A stretch of DNA of 64,000 bases. Source: Dudresnaya verticillata (taxonomy: Eukaryota). A program made the translations under genes and the position numbers. The stretch is from positions 1,426,001-1,490,000 of the forward strand of contig OZ374559.1 of the NCBI GenBank assembly GCA_977862235.1, given 5' to 3'. A model generated the notes under the pieces. It had not been told where the DNA came from and searched no databases. It was given only the letters and a program-made list of their open reading frames with translations. Every line of letters starts with the position of its first letter. The stretch's first letter is position 1. Positions 56,718-64,000 of the stretch are shown here, in pieces.

Positions 56718-58419
56718 CAGGAGCTTGGGTCGCTATTGTTCCGCTGGGCTATATACCGTGTACCTTTTGTACCTAAAGACAAGATTGGATTCATCATGCC
56801 TGCCACGTCGAATGTTCAGACACGCAAAGTTTAACCCACTATCCTCTCGAAACAGGGACCAGCAAATTGATTCCTTCTTCGCCACGTATTCGAGGCAATT
56901 ACTACTGCACATGTTGATATCGACGCTTGTTTATATACATGTGCGAGCCCGAGCCCTGTATCGTGGAAGGGGAGTATGCGCCGGCAAAATAGAGTTATCA
57001 GTAGTGGTATCAGAACGACCTGTCTGGGTTCTCGTCTTCATTTCAGCAACTTCGGCTGATGGTACCTCCCAACTGTACTCAGACCCGCTCAGGCATTGCG
57101 AGACGAGCTGGACACAATTATGCTTTAAAGCCCACTGAGCCGCATGGCCCAGGCAGTAAACAACGGAGGAGCAATGGCAATCGCCGCATGTGTTATATCC
57201 TTATCATAAAGAGTATATCTACACCTTGCAGGCAGCACCATACCGGCAGCGAGAACCCGCAATGGCAGCTGACGAGTCAATGTGAATTGGGTCAACAAAT
57301 GTCGCCAGCAGCGGCAACATGTCCCTTTCATGAGCACGTCCTGCTCACTTAACACCGTCGATTGTAAGTGCTGGAGCTATTGAGTACACTGAATGTTGTT
57401 AACCCTGACGCGTCTGGGGAGCAGGGTCGTGGGAGTTTGGACGCTATTCTCAACCGCAATGGTGGTGGACTGGAGGTGACCCCCCTCAAGGTTGAATGAG
57501 CTTACCAAACGCCACATTTACTTCCCCCTAATGGAGCTTTCAAAGTTGCCTCAGTGGATGAGCCTACGGACATGGTTGGAACGGGGAACCTTTGGAGTGT
57601 CGACAACGCAATCGTTCGCGCGCGTGGCTAACCGGGGAACAGCTGCAGGCTTATACATTTTATTATCATTACCTAACGAACTATGTAGTGTTGGGTGCGT
57701 GTCATAGAACGGCCATACTTGTGTCTGCGAGTTGTCATGACATCGGCATGTGGCGTCCGGGGTCAGGGAGCGACGGGCAGGGCGCACTGGCGGGGTGACG
57801 GCAGCGGGATCCACGGTGTGCACGAGGGTGGGCAGCCGCGACAGCAGATTTTGTCCAAGGTGTTGTGCGTCGCGGGGCGGGGCGGGGGAGCGGGCGACGA
57901 GGCAGTCTGTACGCGGTCGCGTGCGCATTTGTGCACAGACGCGCAAAGCACAGTGCACCCGTTGCACCAGAAAGCCGAAAAACTGGCGACGGGGCAGTCT
58001 GTATGCGGCGCCGAGCACGCGCGGCGCGGGCTAGATGGGCGATGCGGCGCGCATGCAGCGCGCGCGGCCAGGGGCATGCCGCGGGCCGGCAATTTCCAAT
58101 CTGGCCCAGTGCGGACCGCGGAGTGGCCCGCGCGGGCCAAATCGACGCAAGGAAATTGAATTTCAGAATACCTGGAAATATTTTGGGTAAATTCACGCAA
58201 ACCGCCATAGCTTTGGAAGGAATGGTCCGTTAGCCAATCGGATTCCACCACCGTACTCAGAGGACGCTCCTCTTTCCAACTATGTCAGAAAATAGCTATT
58301 CGACTCCAATCTGTTTTGAAAATCATATTCTGAAATGTCTCAAATGCGGGTTGTCGGTTGTGCGGTCTGTACGCCAATGAGCCGTTCTGGCCCAGGGTGT
58401 TCAGCGGCATATGTCGGTG

Positions 58420-58681
58420 ACGTGTTCGCGCCGCGGGCGAGTGAGCGCGCCGTTGGCGGTTTCCCGTCGGTCGATGAGTAGTTGTTAACCCGCTCGGATA
58501 GAAAAAGTGGGGCCCTACCCCTGCCACTTCACTCATGCCTACATGTACACGTGGCCGCTGTGGTGGCCTACAGCCGCGAGGCTGTTGCATCATGGTCGAT
58601 TCGGATGCAAATCCCGATCCCGGTCAGCCTTACAGGCGCGCGCCTCTCAGCGTAGTAGTAAATCCTGCAGTCTTACACCAC
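58420..58681 (-). repeat. Fragment of a Gypsy LTR related to 38284-39235
   Basis: GTTCGCGCC..GTGAGCGCGCC.TTGGCG..CGTCGGTCGA..AACCCGCTC block shared with 39130-39200 and 15883-15950; ends TTACACCAC. Confidence 0.5.
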
Positions 58682-59190
58682 GATCATCATCCCCGGGCGT
58701 TAGTAACCGTTTCGCTCCGGTATGCGGCCATCCCCGCGGTGTTCTGGGGTACTCAACGCTGATTCGGGCAGCCCGAGAGATCGACCTCGCGACGGGGCCT
58801 CGACCGCTGCAGCTCAGTAGGGCCCACTCGGACCATCTCTGACCCTATCGGACCAGCTTAGAGTTGACTTCCAGTGAACAAGAAGTTTTTTCGAATATTG
58901 ACATAGACCCTGAAAGTGCTCTCTTGAGTGCCAAATAGAGCATCGAAACAATTGTGCGGGTGGAAAACACGGTTTTGTAGCCGAAAAGAGCCACAACGGA
59001 GTCAACTCCGAACAGAACCCCAAATGGGACTATGCAGTCCCACCGGGAGGGAGGAGTGGCGGAGGAGACTACTGTGGACAATTGACCGGCATAAATGCCT
59101 CGAGGCCCCAGATCTATAGCTATAGCTATCAGGCGATACATCGTGTGCCACACATCGCAGGCCAGCAATGACACGCGGGCGCCCCCGGAA

Positions 59191-62100
59191 GGGCATGACA
59201 CCTTAAAACGTCGGTTTCAACGATATCGTTCAGGCCGTCGACCGCGGGTTAGCCCCCAGTATCCCGCACGTAGTAGCGCTAGTAGGAGCCGAAGCGATCT
59301 GTCCGCGTGTTGTCTAGCAACGTTATTGAGTAGAGCCAAACTCTCGAATTAAAATTTCCCTCGGAGTAGCCAGCGTTGTTGGGGTACTTTAGCCCACCAT
59401 CGCCTTAGTTAACGTATTGGGTGTTCCCAACTGGGCCTTTAGAGAATAACGCAGGACGTGACTCGGCGTAAGTTCTCAATAGGGTCGAGGGTGTTCTGTG
59501 AGCTTGCGAGTCCAAACCGCTCGAAGAGGGTGCCCTCGTCAGCGTGCTCGTGGTTAACCATGGATAACCAAGTACACTTGGTCAATGAAAAACATTGTGC
59601 GCGGAATTCCCGCGGTAGAGACAGGATCTGCTACTGCCCGACGAGTATACGCATTGGCAGAATGCGTCGTGGGTATTAACACGGTACGTGGATCAAATGA
59701 CACGCACCGTGGTGCGGTGGTGCCACTCGGTTTCTGATGCAGGCCTGACCCCGGTGTGGTTTGGCGCAGATACTCGCAGCGGCGTATGGTAGCAACGGTG
59801 GCTCGAGGTCCAACCTCGGTGGGTACTGGTAGCGATGCAACCGGCGGGTTCTGGTTGTCGTCGGAGTCGACTCCATGATTTCCCCTCCCATTATTTGCTA
59901 TATTGCGTGTCAGACGGGTCGGAGCGACGGTTGTCGACGACAACCGTTGAGGGGATGCGCGGTCGTCCTCTTGAAAACTTCACAATGTGCCACCAGTCGA
60001 AATAAGTCTTCGTCGACCGCTCCCAATCGTGGCACCCCCGCTTTTTCGAACCCGTGGTCATCCACGTATCTACCATCTATTCCCTGTGGTACGCCGTGGG
60101 GAGTAGTATCGGCGCTGCCATTATCGGGGAGTATCCGTGAGCGGCCTTCCGCGGGTGGTGACGAACCAGTCGCAATCCTGTGTTGCTCGGTTAGGGTTAT
60201 CACCGTTGACGTGCCCGTCTTCGTGGCAGCGGTCGTCTCGCGTGTGCACACGGGCGGTTACCCTGGATATGTTTTCCAGCTTTGGTTTAGTCATGCGCTG
60301 ATCGGCCCTTGACGGACCCGCAGACACCATGGTGTGACTTAAGTCGCGTACGAGGGGCTCGGGACGGCCCTTCGAGTCAGTTGCTCTCGACAGTGTTGTC
60401 ACCGGTTTCCTCACACCATCAGGTCGCTGTTCGGGATGATCCACGCTGACATTCTCGGTTGGGGCGGCAGTTGGCTCGTCGGGACTCCATCGTTTCCGAC
60501 TGATGTGTGCCCTCGCTATCACCAACGCGTGTTGCCGGCGTCTGCAGCCCAACCTCGATCGTAGTTCTACCCCTTTGTGGTTCGGGGCTCTCGTGGCAGT
60601 GGGATGGCATCGCCGGGACGTTGGTCCCCGTGGCACGAGTAGTCGCGATCTTCCTACCGGTGTTGATACCTAGTTCAAACGGGGTTGGATCCCCAATTTG
60701 TTTGTCGACGAGAAGGGGATCTTCTCGAGCGGAGTTAGCTTTATTCGTTGACGGCGTGTTGGCGTTAGCGCTAGGCGCTGGGGAAACAGGCGTTACATTA
60801 CGGTTTCCGCGCCGGAAAATCTTCGAAGACGGCCTCGGGATGGCGGCTGACCAAGGCGAGTAGTAGGCGCGGGTCGATCCCCGAAACCGACGGTTTGGGG
60901 TCGTGTCGCACCTTCTGACTGGGACACCGGGGGACTTGGAGTCTAGTTCGACGGCGATGGTGCTGTGTTCAGCGTCGAGGGTACCCTCGCGATAATTCGT
61001 AAATAAGATTGGCAGTTGCCAATTCGGGGCTCGCCCCGGAAGGTCAAGTCAGCCAATCCCCACTCGGAATTAGATAGAATTGACCGTGGTTAGACACTCG
61101 TCAAATTTGCAGCTACTGTACTGTTCTGCATTCCGCCTCCGCCCGTCGAGTGCTCATAACTCGCGGGGATACTCCCGGAAACGGCAGAAGTCTTCGACAT
61201 AGACGTTTGTTCCGGTCGTTTGGCTTCCAATGCTTCGCGGAGAACCCGCATGCTTGCCGGTTCAGGAGACGTTGACTCCGGTGGCGGAACAGAATGAAAA
61301 GAATAGTTCCATGAGGAGAGGACTCCGGTATCCACTGTGAAGGCCCCTCGGTATTCGACGCAATACTGACGCCGTTCGAATGGTCCCGCCAACGCCCGAC
61401 AAGCCCGGACCACGGGGTTTCCGAAAATCGGTTCTAAGCGCTGTTTGACAGCTTCAGGCGCGGGCTCGAATCCCAAATACTCAAACATGTGAGGACTCAC
61501 GGGTGCGATTGAAGTCGGGTGGGGCTCAACGAAGCCCAACAATTGACCAGGACGCAGTCTCTGCGGACGTGGGGCAAAATTGGTGACGAGCACCGCTAAA
61601 AAACGGTGGGAATCCACTTGCACAATACCATTCAAAGTGCAGACGTTCTGCTTCTGATACAATCGTGGATGTGGATTTAAAACCATACAACCACGGCGTC
61701 TGATTGTCACAGTCACCCACGAGGTAGACTTGGGAAGCAGGGTGACTGCGTTATACACGCGGACTTTCGGGGAAAGGCGCCCGTGCTGGAGCCTAAAATC
61801 CTGAGACGCCGGAAGCGGCGACGTCCTCTACTCACGACGACGCGGGGGTCGAACAATCGGCACGGTACACCCGTGGGCAAGCTCAACAAGCCGTTCAGAA
61901 GGGCGTATAGATTCGACGTGTCCTTCGCAAAAGTTGGCACCCATGATGACTGGAACGGGGCGTTCCCCACATACAATGAAGTCGACTTTGACGGAGATAT
62001 TTCCAAGACGGACAACGAGTCCGATTGTACCAAATGTTTTCAGGGGCGCCCCTTCTCCATCTCGAAAGTCTTGAAGCGCACTGGCGCGCGGTTGTGTCTT

Positions 62101-63558
62101 GTTGTGGACCTTAGTGAGCGGATGTAACCGCGGAATATCGCAGCGGCGAATACAGTTTGGTCCAATCGTGGTATTTAGCACCGTTAAAAGTCGCACTGTG
62201 CTTGACGAACGCAAGCCGCCATTGGCGTAGACCCTAAACTTCCGCCCATTCAGGACTCTTATTCCGCGATTAGGACGCACCTCGACTTGGTAACGCCAAG
62301 GACGGCGAAGTGGACAATCCTCGGTCAAACGTGGTAATCCACGAGCATTGCGACGGACGAGAACCCTCAGGCCAATTGCGGAGCTTTTCTCCATTTGTCG
62401 ACAACAGAATTTATCCTCGTCAATCGAGGTTTCGGTACTTGCAGCACACGTGAGCAAACCACAATAAAATCGTTACGCGGTATACCGCGGATCGGAGAGG
62501 CTTTTGCATATGGCTCGGGCCCATCTCAACGAGCCTTTTGGAACTCGAGCCTTCTCAGCGTTGGTTAACAACGAGTAGTTCCGGACTACCTCCAAGTGGT
62601 CGCGGCCTAGAATCGGACAGCCCGAGTGTAAATACTCGTGCGAGTAGCACATTGAGCAAATTGAATCGCGGTTATCCGCGTGCATCTTAATCGGAAGTGC
62701 TTCCGGATGTCGCCGCGGAGGCGTTGGGATTGCGAAACATGGCGAAGACGAACCTGCCGAAAAGAGAGGAAGGGGTTGCCCAAACCAGTGTTCGAAGTGG
62801 TCTTCCACGATGGTAGCAGGCGAGCAGCGGTGCGGCCGTGGCCAGGGGTGTGGTAGAGCACGGAGCACGGGGTGTGCCCCGGAATGTAGAAACAACGGGG
62901 TTGGGTCGACTGTAAAGCCCCGATCACGTCGGTGGTTAACAGTGGTTCAAACCCACAAACAGTAATGCCGACGTCGGCTGCAGGATGAACAAAGCGGTTG
63001 GGCCGCGCAAGCAAGAATAGGGATACGTAGCCTGAGTCGCAAGCAGTGGCAGCACCGCGTGCAAGCACGGGGGTTCCCTAGACTCTGCTGCGGGCTTGCC
63101 GATCTACTGAGAGAGGGGCTCACCCCTTACACTAAGTACTCTCGCGCGCGCGCCGCGCGCGTGTCAGGCGCTGTGCGCCTGCCACTTGTCACGCCCTCAC
63201 GCTGCGAGTCTCCATAATATCGCGCTAAAATATCTATGTATAATTACTACACTCGCACTGTAAATCAGTGTAATATAAGGGTACGCATTGCTGGCGCGCA
63301 TCCGATCAAGGACTCCCTCGGATATTGTCCGCGCGTGTGTGCGCATGTAAACGTGGATGATTGTCCACACTTGTTCGCGTGTACTCCAGCGGGAGTCCGC
63401 GCGAAAACATGGTCCCGGGGCACTGCACCACAGTAGCGGTGGTAGAGCGGGAGGAACCCAGAGGGCAGACGAGGGTACGTAACCTAATTGGAAGCACGAT
63501 ACTGAAGGTAGTTCACTGGGCGGGCGGTTAACCGGGCACGGACGACAAGTGTGCAGCT
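59191..63558 (-). mobile_element. Old, internally deleted chromodomain Gypsy G3 (LTR edge 63187, PBS, gag knuckle, protease, linker, integrase tail, decayed chromodomain)
   Basis: PBS-like TGGCAGGCGCACAG 2 nt from LTR end; CSMCYSHEYLHSGC; VLNTTIGPNCIR..VDFIVC..PVPVIMGANFC; GPF remnant near 61380; PIENL..SHVLRY near 59450; inverted terminus GGGCATGACA at 59191-59200. Confidence 0.65.
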
Positions 63559-64000
63559 TGTAGTGCAACGGCAAGGGGCCTCCGAAAACGAGCCGGTCGA
63601 CCGGGCCACGCAACCCGAATTGTCCAACTCACAGAAGACACTAGGCCCAAGTCACTACTGTACGACCGCGCGGACGGCGGTGGACAACGGCAAGGAACCA
63701 CACGCGTGACACGTGGGTCACACGCGTATACGTGTCAACCACGTGGCCAGCGCGAAGAAAAATTGTCATATCTGGACAGTCCGAACAATCTGGATACGCA
63801 AATCGGGATCGAAATGAGATCGGATTACGGAAAAGGATTTGGCCGCAATGCCATATCAAGGAATCAAGCACGGAAAAATCAAGGGCAAATCTAACTAATA
63901 CGACCACTGATCAACTGACAAGTACTCGATTTAATTCGGTAGGGCTCTAATATTGGCCCGAAGCCAGGATTCGAGGAAGATATTTCGGGCCCTGGTGAGT
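63559..64000. repeat. LTR-like element starting TGTAGTGCAAC, running off the window
   Basis: Inverted homolog of 15420-15812. Confidence 0.55.

Overview
Eukaryotic heterochromatin-like nest of transposable elements; the proteins resemble those of florideophyte red algae (inference, no search run). It contains no intact host gene, rRNA, tRNA or CRISPR array. One young Ty1/Copia family dominates (~7.3 kb, ~1 kb LTRs TGTTGA...TTTTCA, half-tRNAi-Met PBS, single ~1440-aa gag-pol). It has four near-complete internal domains (A 5721-13000, C 19300-26446, D 28099-35389, E 39884-45934), three with intact ORFs, and 13 LTRs or LTR fragments. These sit inside older elements: chromodomain-bearing Ty3/Gypsy elements, solo Gypsy LTRs and a second Copia family. 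A PIF/Harbinger transposase pseudogene and a CDC48/AFG2-like AAA+ ATPase pseudogene fragment are also present. Most notable: (i) a candidate antisense protein-coding ORF in the Copia 5' leader with a codon-position substitution signature and a basic NLS-like tail; (ii) a conserved antisense accessory ORF of >700 codons in the Gypsy 3' region; (iii) target-site duplications whose halves are permuted between elements, plus repeated antisense self-insertion of the Copia into its own leader.
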